Source: Myxococcales bacterium (GTDB taxonomy: Bacteria; Myxococcota_A; UBA9042; JABWCM01; BTVJ01). Taken from it: DNA of 64,000 nucleotides. The position numbers and the translations under genes are program-made. The notes beneath the pieces are model-generated. The model was not told the origin of the DNA. It made no database searches and worked only from the letters and a program-made list of their open reading frames with translations. The stretch covers positions 64,001 to 128,000 of the forward strand of contig BTVJ01000005.1 of assembly GCA_045863395.1 (NCBI GenBank), read 5' to 3'. Below are positions 1 through 9,181 of this stretch, piece after piece. Position 1 is the stretch's first letter. Each line of letters starts with the position of its first letter.

Positions 1-782
1 CGCGCGGCAAGCCGATCATCAACGTCATCGACATCGAGAAGGGAGAGAAGGTGCGCAGCGTGCTCGCGGTCCGCGAGTGGAGCGACGACTCCAACCTGAT
101 CTTCGCTACCCGTCAGGGCACCGTGAAGAAGACGGCGCTGTCGGCCTACAGCAACGTCCTCACCCGAGGGATCATCGCCATCAAGCTGGCCGACGACGAC
201 GACCTCGTCTCGGTCAGCCTGGTGACGCAGGACCAGGACGTCCTGCTCGCCTCCAAGGGCGGCCAGTCCATCCGCTTCCCCCAGGACGAGGTGCGGCCCA
301 TGGGGCGGGACACGCGCGGAGTCCGCGGTCTGGCGCTCCGCGAGGGCGACGAGTGCATCGGCATGGAGGTCCTCGACCCGGGCGCGACGATCCTCACGGT
401 CTGCGAGCACGGGTACGGCAAGCGCACCCCGACCTCCGAGTATCGCACCCAGGGGCGCGGCGGCATCGGCATCATCACGATGAAGACCGGCGGCCGCAAC
501 GGCGACGTGGTCGCCATCAAGCAGGTGACCGAGGACGAGGACCTGCTGGTGGTGACGGACACGGGCCAGCTCATCCGCATGCCGGTACGCCAGATCTCCG
601 TCGTGGGCAGGAACACCATGGGCGTGCGCCTGATCAACCTCGAGGACGACCAGCGCGTCGTCGCCATGGAGACCATCCCCAAGTCGGAGGAGGAAGAGGG
701 CGACGAGGCCCAGGTCCCCGGCATCGACGACGCTGGTGACGTCACGGACGACGCCCCGGACGGGCCCGAGGAGCAGGAATGA
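1..782 (+). CDS. gyrA: DNA gyrase subunit A, C-terminal beta-pinwheel (5' truncated by window)
   Basis: Frame open from position 3 (RGKPIINV...). Repeated blades (RPMGRDTRGVRG, RTQGRGGIG, VVGRNTMGVRLI) and an acidic C-terminal tail. Confidence 0.95.
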   Translation, partial: RGKPIINVIDIEKGEKVRSVLAVREWSDDSNLIFATRQGTVKKTALSAYSNVLTRGIIAIKLADDDDLVSVSLVTQDQDVLLASKGGQSIRFPQDEVRPMGRDTRGVRGLALREGDECIGMEVLDPGATILTVCEHGYGKRTPTSEYRTQGRGGIGIITMKTGGRNGDVVAIKQVTEDEDLLVVTDTGQLIRMPVRQISVVGRNTMGVRLINLEDDQRVVAMETIPKSEEEEGDEAQVPGIDDAGDVTDDAPDGPEEQE

Positions 783-1981
783 CGACGACCCCGCCGGTGG
801 TGCGGCTCAAGAAGCGCAAGGCGCTCCCGGTCTGGGCCGGACACCCCTGGATCTACTCGGGCGCGGTCGCAGGCGTCTCGGGCGAGGCCCCACCCGGCTC
901 GCTCGTTCTCGTCCAGGACGACGGGGCGACGCCCATCGGCTGGGGGCACCTGAGCCCGAGCGGTCCCATCACGGTGCGCATGTTGTCCCTGGGAGCAGAG
1001 CGCCCCAGTGAGGTGGGGCTGCTCACCGCCCGCATCGACGGCGCCATCGCGCGCCGGAGAGCCGTCGGCCTGCCCACCCCGACGACGGACGCGTTCCGCC
1101 TCGTCCACGGCGAGGGGGATCTCCTCCCCGGGCTCGTCATCGATCACCTTGGAGACGGGGTGGTCATCCAGCTCGGGACGGCCGCGTGGGCGCGCCTGGC
1201 GGACGACGTCGTCCGGTTGCTCCGGGAGCGCCTCAAGCCGGCGTGGGGGGTCGTCCAGGTGTCCCCCGACGCAGCGGCCATCGAGGGTCTGGTCGCGCGC
1301 TCCGAGGTGGCCTTCGGCGACGAGGCGCTTGCCGGGAGCGCCACGGTCTCCGAGGACGGCGTCCGCATCGCAATCGACGTGCTGGGAGGCCAGAAGACCG
1401 GCTTCTATGCCGACCAGCGGGAGACCCGTCGCCGCGTCGCCGAGCTTGCGGGTGGACGCCACGTGCTGGACGCGTTCTGCCACAGTGGGGGCTTCGGCCT
1501 GCACGCCCTCGCTCGCGGGTCTGCTGCCTCGGTGACCTTCGTCGACACCTCCCCGCGGGCCATCGCGCTGGTGGAGCGAGGCCTGGCGCTCAACGGTCTG
1601 AGCGCGGAGGCGGTCACCGCGGACGCCATGACCTACCTGAAGGACGCTGCGGCGGCGCCCCGCCACGACCTGATCGTCCTCGACCCGCCCAAGCTCGCCC
1701 GGAGCCGCGCCCACCTCGACGACGCCCTCCGCAAGTACCAGAGAATCAACGAGGCCGCTCTGTCCGCGTTGGCGCGAGACGGCCTGCTTGTGACCTGCTC
1801 CTGCTCGGGCCACGTGGGCATGGAGGAGCTCCTGCGAGTGCTGTCGGCCGCCGCGTTCTCGACGCGGAAGCACGTCCACGTGATCGAGGAGCGCGGGCAG
1901 GCGCCGGATCACCCGTTCCTGGCAGCGTGCCCCGAGGGGCGCTACCTCAAGTGCGTCATCGCGCACGTCACCGATCGGTAG
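779..1981 (+). CDS. RlmI/RlmK-like class I SAM-dependent rRNA methyltransferase
   Basis: GHPWIY PUA start, GEGDLLPGL, GQKTGFYADQR, VLDAFCHSGGF, LDPPK, TCSCS, DHP..PEGRYLK. ATGA overlap with gyrA. Confidence 0.9.
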   Translation: MTTTPPVVRLKKRKALPVWAGHPWIYSGAVAGVSGEAPPGSLVLVQDDGATPIGWGHLSPSGPITVRMLSLGAERPSEVGLLTARIDGAIARRRAVGLPTPTTDAFRLVHGEGDLLPGLVIDHLGDGVVIQLGTAAWARLADDVVRLLRERLKPAWGVVQVSPDAAAIEGLVARSEVAFGDEALAGSATVSEDGVRIAIDVLGGQKTGFYADQRETRRRVAELAGGRHVLDAFCHSGGFGLHALARGSAASVTFVDTSPRAIALVERGLALNGLSAEAVTADAMTYLKDAAAAPRHDLIVLDPPKLARSRAHLDDALRKYQRINEAALSALARDGLLVTCSCSGHVGMEELLRVLSAAAFSTRKHVHVIEERGQAPDHPFLAACPEGRYLKCVIAHVTDR

Positions 1982-1991
1982 GAGGACCCGA

Positions 1992-2390
1992 ATGGCAGTC
2001 CCAGAGCACGTCCGCGACCTGCTCCGTTCTCCGGCGCGCATTGCGCTCGTCGGCGCGAGCAGCGCCCCGGAGAAGTACGGAAACATCATCTTCAAGGATC
2101 TGGCTGGTCGGGGTCACGCCGTGCTGCCCGTCAACCCCTCTGCATCCATGATCGAGGGGCAGCCCGCCTATGCGTCGGTCGCCGATGTGCCCCGACCCAT
2201 CGACATCGTCAACGTCGTCGTCCCGCCCAGAGCCTCCCTCGCCCTGGCGCGCTCTCTCGATCCCGGTATCTGCGGGGTGATCTGGTTCCAGCCGGGCTCC
2301 TTCGACGACCAGGTCGTGCAGGAGGCGACCGCCCGCTTCGAGACGGTGATCGCCGGCGACTGCATCATGGTGGTCGCGCGGACGCTGTAG
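1992..2390 (+). CDS. CoA-binding protein (YccU-like)
   Basis: IALVGAS..PEKYG, PVNP, IWFQPG, CIMV motifs. Confidence 0.88.
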   Translation: MAVPEHVRDLLRSPARIALVGASSAPEKYGNIIFKDLAGRGHAVLPVNPSASMIEGQPAYASVADVPRPIDIVNVVVPPRASLALARSLDPGICGVIWFQPGSFDDQVVQEATARFETVIAGDCIMVVARTL

Positions 2391-2398
2391 GGCGCCGT

Positions 2399-4906
2399 TC
2401 AGTCCGGGACGACAGCGCCCTCGACCTCGGCTTCGGGCACGTCTCCGACCTCGTCGACGGGGCTGGCCCCGGCTCCGACCCGGATGGGCACCGCCTTCAG
2501 CAGGATGAAGTACTCGTTCTCGTCATAGATGCGGGTCACGTCGTACCGCTGGATGTCCTTGAACCCAGACTCACCGCGCAGCTTCTTGAGATAGGTGCCG
2601 TTCAACTTGGAGGCCCACGCGGCGTCCTTTCCACGCTCCATGAGCACATAGAAAGGCCGCCCCTTGTTGAAGTCCTTCAGGTAGGGCTCAAACTGGGTCG
2701 CCTCCTTGTTGACCGGGCGGATCTCGTTGTTGGAGTAGTACGTCTCGCCGCGCCACGTGATCAGCCACGACACGATGTCCTCGTCGCACACGCGCTTGGG
2801 CTGCGCCCCGAGGTAGGTGGACACCGCCCCCAGCCCCACACTCGCAACCACCGGCGTGAACGCCTGCTCGATGGGCTCGGGCTGCGCGACCGGTGTGCAG
2901 TCGGCGTAGTAGGCTTCGAACAGGTACTTCTGTGACCAATGGGTCGACAGCATCGGCATGTAGTGATTCAGCACGTAGACCGTGAGGAGACCGGAGACTC
3001 CGCCGAGCCCCCACAAACCAATCCGTCGTGTCCGCCGGCCGAGCAGCAGCAGGGTGAATGCGACGGCCCCCCCCCCCATCCAGAGGATGACCCGGTCATA
3101 GCGCAGCGAACCCATGTTGAGCAGGTTGAGGACCAGTGGGTTCGTGTGCGCATAGAACACGGAGTCGGCCCAGATGGTGCTGGCCCCCTTGGCGACGACC
3201 CCATTGGCGTCGGTGGGCATGATGGGCGGGAGCGGCCGGTCGTACTTGTAGGTGAACAGGTTTCGCAGGTGCTGAGTGTCCCCATGCAGATCCCAGGTGA
3301 TCGCCGCCAGCAGCCCGACGGCCACGATGACGACGAGTCGCCGAGCGACGGCGCGGTCCTCCAGGAGGTCGAAGAGATAGAGCGCGACGAGGATCGCCAG
3401 CGGAGGCAGTGCGGGGAAGATGTAGTGGTGGAACTTGGTGCTGGACAGGGTGAACAGAGTGAAGGACAGGAAGAACCACAGGAAGAGGAACAGCTTGAGC
3501 AGCACCTCTGGCGAGGCGTCCCGGACGCGGAACCGGGCGAAGGCCGCAAAGGCAAACGGGACGAACGCGACCCAGGGGAACATGCCGAAGCCCAGCCACT
3601 TGATGAAGTGCTCGAAGGTCCCCGTGTCGATCTGATGGACGCCCGCGCCGATGCGGTTGAAGTGATCGTGTATGAAGAACCGCGTGTAGTATGGCATCCC
3701 GAACTTGGCGAACATGGCGGCGTACCAAGGCACCGCGATCACCGCAAACAGCGCGATTCCCCGCAGGAGCTCAAGGCGCTTGAGGGAGCGCCACGTCCCG
3801 GTCACGAGCACGAAGAAGAAGATCACCGCGCCAGGCAGCATGAACCCGAGGAGGCCCTTCGCCAACGTCGAGTGGGCGACCAGGGCATAGAAGCACCAGA
3901 GCCACAGGCGGCGAGACCAGAGATCCTTGGTCTCGTCGCTCCAGGTCCGCGTCCGGCGCCACTCGCGAACGAGGGGCACGGCCATCGACAGGAGCACGGC
4001 CAACAGGATCGCCGACCACGCCACGACGTGCCAGACTCCGTTACCCTGGACCGTGAGCCAGATCCGGTTGAAGCCCGGCACACGGGAGACATCGAGCTGT
4101 GACTTCAGGTCCGTGGCGATCAGGCCAAACTGGGGCAAAGTCGACAGCAGGATGAACCCGACCACCAAGCCTATCCTTGTGAGGAACCGTCGATTGCTCA
4201 GCTCCTCTCGCCCACTGAAGACGGCGAGCAAGAAGAAGCAGATCCCCATGGTCATGGTGGCGACATAGGGCATGTCCGTCTGGGCCTGGCGGGCCAGGAA
4301 GAAGAACTGCGGGCTCGTCCCCATGACCAGCGCGGCCAGGAACCCGATCCGTCGGCCGTAGAGGCGCGAGAACACGACGAAGACGACCAAGGCCGTGGCC
4401 AGCGCCAACAGCGCAAATGGAAGTCGTATGGCCCACTCGGAGAGCCCGATGAGCTTCACGAACACGGCCTCGGACCAGAAGATGAACACGGGCTTGCTGA
4501 AGAACGGGCTGCCCTCCTGCGCCTCGGTCCCGATCTTCTGCTTGAAGCCCCACCACGGGGCCACCCAGTCGTAGGACTCCACCATGCTGCGGGTGACCTC
4601 ACCGTAGTGGGTCTCCCAGGGGTCCCAGAGCCCGAACGCCCCCGCGTTTGGCAGGTAGAGCGCCGCGAACACGCCGGCAACGAGCAGGAAGATCGCGGTC
4701 GACCGGCGCGCTCGTGGGCGCAGCGGGATGTCGTCCAGGTGCTCCGTGAGGATGGGCAAAGGACGGCCGGGTGCCCCCCCAATGCCGTTGCGCTCGCTAG
4801 GAGTCTGTGCATCTGCTCCGGACGGCTCCAGCCGAAGCCCCACGGGCTCGGCCGACGATGCCTCAGACTCCGTCCCGCCGGCAGGGCGGCGTGCCGGCTC
4901 CGTCAT
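2399..4906 (-). CDS. ArnT/PMT-like (GT-C) membrane glycosyltransferase
   Basis: WDPWETHY, SKP, RLP, AKG, PWY, KFHHYIFP motifs and many TM helices. Start taken at ATG 4906 (MTEPARR), which is uncertain. Confidence 0.85.
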   Translation of the reverse strand: MTEPARRPAGGTESEASSAEPVGLRLEPSGADAQTPSERNGIGGAPGRPLPILTEHLDDIPLRPRARRSTAIFLLVAGVFAALYLPNAGAFGLWDPWETHYGEVTRSMVESYDWVAPWWGFKQKIGTEAQEGSPFFSKPVFIFWSEAVFVKLIGLSEWAIRLPFALLALATALVVFVVFSRLYGRRIGFLAALVMGTSPQFFFLARQAQTDMPYVATMTMGICFFLLAVFSGREELSNRRFLTRIGLVVGFILLSTLPQFGLIATDLKSQLDVSRVPGFNRIWLTVQGNGVWHVVAWSAILLAVLLSMAVPLVREWRRTRTWSDETKDLWSRRLWLWCFYALVAHSTLAKGLLGFMLPGAVIFFFVLVTGTWRSLKRLELLRGIALFAVIAVPWYAAMFAKFGMPYYTRFFIHDHFNRIGAGVHQIDTGTFEHFIKWLGFGMFPWVAFVPFAFAAFARFRVRDASPEVLLKLFLFLWFFLSFTLFTLSSTKFHHYIFPALPPLAILVALYLFDLLEDRAVARRLVVIVAVGLLAAITWDLHGDTQHLRNLFTYKYDRPLPPIMPTDANGVVAKGASTIWADSVFYAHTNPLVLNLLNMGSLRYDRVILWMGGGAVAFTLLLLGRRTRRIGLWGLGGVSGLLTVYVLNHYMPMLSTHWSQKYLFEAYYADCTPVAQPEPIEQAFTPVVASVGLGAVSTYLGAQPKRVCDEDIVSWLITWRGETYYSNNEIRPVNKEATQFEPYLKDFNKGRPFYVLMERGKDAAWASKLNGTYLKKLRGESGFKDIQRYDVTRIYDENEYFILLKAVPIRVGAGASPVDEVGDVPEAEVEGAVVPD

Positions 4907-4952
4907 GGGTTCACCTCGGATCAACTGGGGTCGTGTCACAAGCGGGAGAGCG

Positions 4953-5732
4953 TCACTCCTCGTCTTCGATGGACCGCAGATCGGTCTCATCCAGGCGCTT
5001 CTTCAGCCTCAGGTTGAGCGTCTTCATCGCCTGGCTGTGGAGCTGCGAGACGCGGCTCTCGGTGACGTCGAGCACCTTGCCGATCTCTTTGAGGTTCATG
5101 TCGTCGAAGTAGTACAGCGAGATGACGATGCGCTGCTTCTCGGGGAGCTTCTCGATGATCTCCGTCAGGATGCGTCGCACCATCACGAAGTACGTGTGCG
5201 CCTGTGGGTTGACGGCTCGGGGGTCCTTGATGAAGTCATCGAAGCTGCGCTTCTCGCCGTCCGACCCCGTCCCCAGGTCCTCGAAGCTGACGACCAGCAC
5301 CGGCTTGAGGCGGTTGAGGAGCTCGCGATAGCCCTCCGCGTCGAGGCCCATGACGTCCGCCATCTCCTCATCGGAGGGCGCCCGGCCGAGCTTCTGCTTC
5401 ATGGACTTCTCGATGGAGTCGAGCTTGCTGGACTGGCGGCGCACGGACCGGGAGACCCAGTCGAGGCTCCTCAGCTCGTCGAGGATCGCTCCCCGAATGC
5501 GTATCTCTGCGTATCGCTTGAAGTTGTCGCTCTTGGTCGCATCGTACTTGTCGATGGCATCGAGCAAGCCGATGATCCCGGCGCTGATCAGATCATCGAG
5601 CTCGACGCTCGGCGGCAGCCGCTGGGCGATCTTGCTTGCGACGAACCTGACGACGGGCGCATACCGCCCCACCAGCTCATTTCGCGACGTGACCTCTGCG
5701 TCCTGACTCATCAGCGCGTTCGCAGCCGGCAT
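4953..5732 (-). CDS. RNA polymerase sigma factor, FliA/WhiG (sigma-28) family
   Basis: RLPPSVELDDLISAG, RIRGAILDELRSLDWVSRS, LKEIGKVLDVTESRVSQLH. Start at ATG 5732. Confidence 0.93.
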   Translation of the reverse strand: MPAANALMSQDAEVTSRNELVGRYAPVVRFVASKIAQRLPPSVELDDLISAGIIGLLDAIDKYDATKSDNFKRYAEIRIRGAILDELRSLDWVSRSVRRQSSKLDSIEKSMKQKLGRAPSDEEMADVMGLDAEGYRELLNRLKPVLVVSFEDLGTGSDGEKRSFDDFIKDPRAVNPQAHTYFVMVRRILTEIIEKLPEKQRIVISLYYFDDMNLKEIGKVLDVTESRVSQLHSQAMKTLNLRLKKRLDETDLRSIEDEE

Positions 5733-5820
5733 GAGTTCACCCTGTGAAGTGCGCGGTCTGCTCTGCCGAGCAGCACGGACCACCCACGCACCCCGACCAA
5801 TCCCACCGCTTCGCCGAGCG

Positions 5821-5849
5821 ATTCTAGGGCGCCACCCCGGGGGTGTCAA
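5821..5849 (-). promoter_or_regulatory. sigma-70-type promoter for the sigma-28 gene
   Basis: TTGACA-17 nt-TAGAAT on the minus strand, about 90 nt upstream of the ATG. Confidence 0.8.
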
Positions 5850-5894
5850 ACCGGCGCCCACCCCCGACACCACCAGTGACCTGTCGGCGCTCCG

Positions 5895-7202
5895 TCAAGC
5901 CGTCGGCCTGCCGATGCAGTAGTACTCGAACCCGAGCTCCCGCATCTTCCGTGGGGAGTAGATGTTGCGCCCATCGAACACCACGGGCTCCCTCAGCAGG
6001 CCTCTGATTCGCTCGAAGTCGGGCGTTCGGAACTCGGCCCACTCGGTGACCAGCACCAGCGCGTCGGCCCCCTCGAGGGCCCGGTAGCCGCTCTCTGCCA
6101 TGGAGACCTGGTCACCAAGGATGCCTGCGGCTGCCTCCTGCGCAACGGGATCGAAGGCGACGACCCGGGCCCCCCGTTCGCGAAGCCCCCGGATGATCGT
6201 CAGCGAAGGCGCCTCTCGCATGTCGTCCGTGTTCGGCTTGAAGGCGAGTCCCCAGAGCGCGAAGGTCCGCCCAGAGAGGTCGTCCCCGTACCGGGCCACA
6301 ATCTTCCGCACGAGCAGCGACTTCTGCCTGTCGTTGACGTCCTCCACGGCGCGGAGCAGCGGGAGCTCCAGCCCGATCTCTGCGCCGAGGCCGATGAGGG
6401 CCTTGATGTCCTTCGGGAAGCACGATCCGCCATAGCCGACCCCAGGGAACAGGAACATGCGCCCGATGCGCGGATCGGACCCCATCCCCCGGCGCACGGC
6501 GGCCACGTCGGCCCCGACCTTCTCGGCGACCGCGGCGATCTCGTTCATGAAGGAGATGCGGGTCGCGAGCATGGCGTTGGAGGCATACTTGGCGAGCTCG
6601 GCGCTGGCGATGTCCATGAAGAGGACCGGGTTCTCAGTGCGCACGAAGGGCTCGTAGAGCTCCGCCAGGGCCTGCCGCACCCACTCGTCCTCCGCGCCGA
6701 TGATCACCCGGTCAGGCCGCAGGAAGTCCTCGATGGCGGCGCCCTCCTTCAAGAACTCAGGGTTCGACGCCATCGCGAACTTCTGGGTCGTGTGTGCAGC
6801 GATCACCGCGCGGACACGCTGAGAGGTGCCAATGGGGACCGTGCTCTTGATGACCACGATGGTGGGCGCCACCATGGCGCGGCCGATGTCCTCTGCGGCC
6901 GCCATCACGTAGGACAGATCCGCCGTCCCGTCCGCAGCGGGGGGGGTGCCGACGGCCAGGAACACGATGGTGGAGCGGGACACGGCGGCCTTGAGGTCCG
7001 TCGTGAACTCGATGCGCCCCTCCCGCTGCGTCCGCTCGACAATCTCGCTGAGCCCCGGCTCGAAGATCGGGATCACGCCACGCTTGAGCCCCTCGACCTT
7101 CGCCTCGTCCACATCCACACAGACGACGTGGTTTCCGGTCTCCGCGAAGCAGGCGCCTGCAACGAGGCCCACGTAGCCAGTACCGACGACAGCGAGCTTC
7201 AT
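5895..7202 (-). CDS. ugd: UDP-glucose 6-dehydrogenase
   Basis: VVGTGYVGL, PIFEPGL, KSTVP, SNPEFLKEG, GYGGSCFPKD, FKPNTDDMR. Start MKLAVV at 7202. Confidence 0.95.
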   Translation of the reverse strand: MKLAVVGTGYVGLVAGACFAETGNHVVCVDVDEAKVEGLKRGVIPIFEPGLSEIVERTQREGRIEFTTDLKAAVSRSTIVFLAVGTPPAADGTADLSYVMAAAEDIGRAMVAPTIVVIKSTVPIGTSQRVRAVIAAHTTQKFAMASNPEFLKEGAAIEDFLRPDRVIIGAEDEWVRQALAELYEPFVRTENPVLFMDIASAELAKYASNAMLATRISFMNEIAAVAEKVGADVAAVRRGMGSDPRIGRMFLFPGVGYGGSCFPKDIKALIGLGAEIGLELPLLRAVEDVNDRQKSLLVRKIVARYGDDLSGRTFALWGLAFKPNTDDMREAPSLTIIRGLRERGARVVAFDPVAQEAAAGILGDQVSMAESGYRALEGADALVLVTEWAEFRTPDFERIRGLLREPVVFDGRNIYSPRKMRELGFEYYCIGRPTA

Positions 7203-7286
7203 CCTGAACCCTCCGTTGCTCGGATCCCCGGGCACCTGCACGCCAGCGGGGCACACTGACCCCTGATGGCCACGCGGGACGCTCGG

Positions 7287-8963
7287 CTACTTGCAGATCG
7301 CCAGGATGGACTTCGGAGTGGCCCTCAGCTCCGCATCGGAACAGTCGGGCTTCTTGCACCGGAACGCGCTCGGCCCCGTGGCCAGGTGGAGCTGCTCCCA
7401 AGGAGCCCCGGCGGCGACGCCGATGAGGACCGCGTCCCGCTGCTCGCCGACCCAGTCGCTGACCTTCTTGGCGTCCGCCTCCGCCACCGGCAGGTCCAGG
7501 CTCAGCGCGTCGATGGCGCCCGTCTCGGGATTGATGGCACCTCCCGTGACCCGATCATTGGAGATCAGAAGGGCCGCCGTGGGCGCGGGCACCTCCGCCG
7601 AGGGCTCCCCCGAGTAGCCGAAGGGCGCGCACGCCACGGCTCCCGCAGGGAATCCGACGTTCATCTCTGGAGCGCCCTTCGTGAGCAGCACGGGGACCGA
7701 GGCCCGCACGTTGGTCCCGTCGAAGCGACGGCGCCCCACCAGATAGACGACCTGGTTGAGCGTGTTCTCCTCGGCTTCGACGGGCGCTGTCGCCAGCGCA
7801 ACCACCGCCCCAGCAGGCACTCCCTTCGCTGCAAGAACGAAGACTTCGCCGCTCTTCAGGTCGGGCGCGCCGGCCGCACGGACGTCGTTCAGCTTCTTGA
7901 TGAGATCCGGACGGATCTGCTGGGCGGCGGCGAGCGACAAGGTGTAGCCTTCGGCCTCGTCCTGCTGCAGCCACTCATCCGCGAAGCGGAGGCCCCGCGG
8001 CCCGATCTCGATGGCCAGGCGCAGCGGAGCCGGAGTAGCAGCCATGGTGTCTGGCAGCACCGGGTACTCCTCGAACTCCTTGGCCAGGCTCGCCTTCTGC
8101 TCCTGGAACATCCCGGTGAGGTAATCGACCACCGCGATGTAGGGCGACTCGGGATTGACCTCCTTCAACCGCGCGAGCTTGCGAGAGAGCAGCTCGAAGT
8201 ACGGCGCCATGATGGCGATGTGCCTGAACTCGAAGGGGATGTCCTTGCAGAAACCTTGCAGCTCCTTGGCCAGCCCCTCATCACCGCCCGACATCTTCGC
8301 GACGTACTCCGGGTTGTTCAGCTCGTCGCAGAGGCGCGCCACGTAGAACACGAAGGCCTCGCCGTCCTTGGTCGGGATGTCGAACACGAACTGCCAGTAA
8401 CGGAACATGGCCGTCGGCTGGTTCTCGGCGCTCACGTTCCGAAGGTCGAAGAGACCCTTGGCGTGCAGGAGCACCTCGTCGAGCTGGATGTCGTCGTTGA
8501 ACTTGCCGCCGGGATTGGCCGCGCCATAGCCCTTGAGGAACTGGTAGTACTCCTGCAGCGCGTAGGAGTAGTCGCTCGGCGTCATGGTCGCGAAGTCCTG
8601 GGACCAGAACTTCTTCTGGTTCTCCAGGAAGGTGGCCAGGGTGCGCAGATCCTTCTGCAGATCGCGTCCCGGGTACTTGGGCTCCATGTCGCGCAGCTTC
8701 GCATCGTAGCCCAGGCCAGCGATGTCCTTCCGCCACGTGATCAGAGGGTGCTGCCCCTCGCCGCCCCACGACGCGAGGTCCTTGGGGAGCGTGTCCTTCG
8801 CGGTCGCGTTCCGCTCCTGGAGCATCCCCTCCACCGTCTTGCGCCCCTGGTCGGCGCGCGCCTGCAGCTTCTGCTCGAGGCTCTCCTTGACGCGCGTCTC
8901 GCAACCAGTGAGGGCGACCACAACGAGAGCGCCCAGCAGAGCGGCGCGGAGTCCACGAATCAT
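7287..8963 (-). CDS. Hypothetical lipoprotein
   Basis: Signal peptide with lipobox LTG-C, protein-like composition, own upstream promoter. No family recognised. Confidence 0.8.
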   Translation of the reverse strand: MIRGLRAALLGALVVVALTGCETRVKESLEQKLQARADQGRKTVEGMLQERNATAKDTLPKDLASWGGEGQHPLITWRKDIAGLGYDAKLRDMEPKYPGRDLQKDLRTLATFLENQKKFWSQDFATMTPSDYSYALQEYYQFLKGYGAANPGGKFNDDIQLDEVLLHAKGLFDLRNVSAENQPTAMFRYWQFVFDIPTKDGEAFVFYVARLCDELNNPEYVAKMSGGDEGLAKELQGFCKDIPFEFRHIAIMAPYFELLSRKLARLKEVNPESPYIAVVDYLTGMFQEQKASLAKEFEEYPVLPDTMAATPAPLRLAIEIGPRGLRFADEWLQQDEAEGYTLSLAAAQQIRPDLIKKLNDVRAAGAPDLKSGEVFVLAAKGVPAGAVVALATAPVEAEENTLNQVVYLVGRRRFDGTNVRASVPVLLTKGAPEMNVGFPAGAVACAPFGYSGEPSAEVPAPTAALLISNDRVTGGAINPETGAIDALSLDLPVAEADAKKVSDWVGEQRDAVLIGVAAGAPWEQLHLATGPSAFRCKKPDCSDAELRATPKSILAICK

Positions 8964-9023
8964 CTATCTCCTCCTGGGTCGGCGGACCGCGGACGGACGG
9001 TCCCCGTGCGGTTCCGAGGGCGC

Positions 9024-9053
9024 ATCATAGTTGTAAGGGCGCCGGGACGTCAA
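9024..9053 (-). promoter_or_regulatory. sigma-70-type promoter for the lipoprotein (and possibly ugd)
   Basis: TTGACG-18 nt-TATGAT about 60 nt upstream of ATG 8963. Confidence 0.6.
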
Positions 9054-9181
9054 CGACTGTGACGCCCCTCGGAGCAATATGATCTGGCCGGCACCTGCGG
9101 CAGGTCCCCCGAGCAACGCAACCGAGATTCCGCCATTGATTCGGCCAGATGGAGGGCGCTGCCGCCGAGCTGCCCACCACA

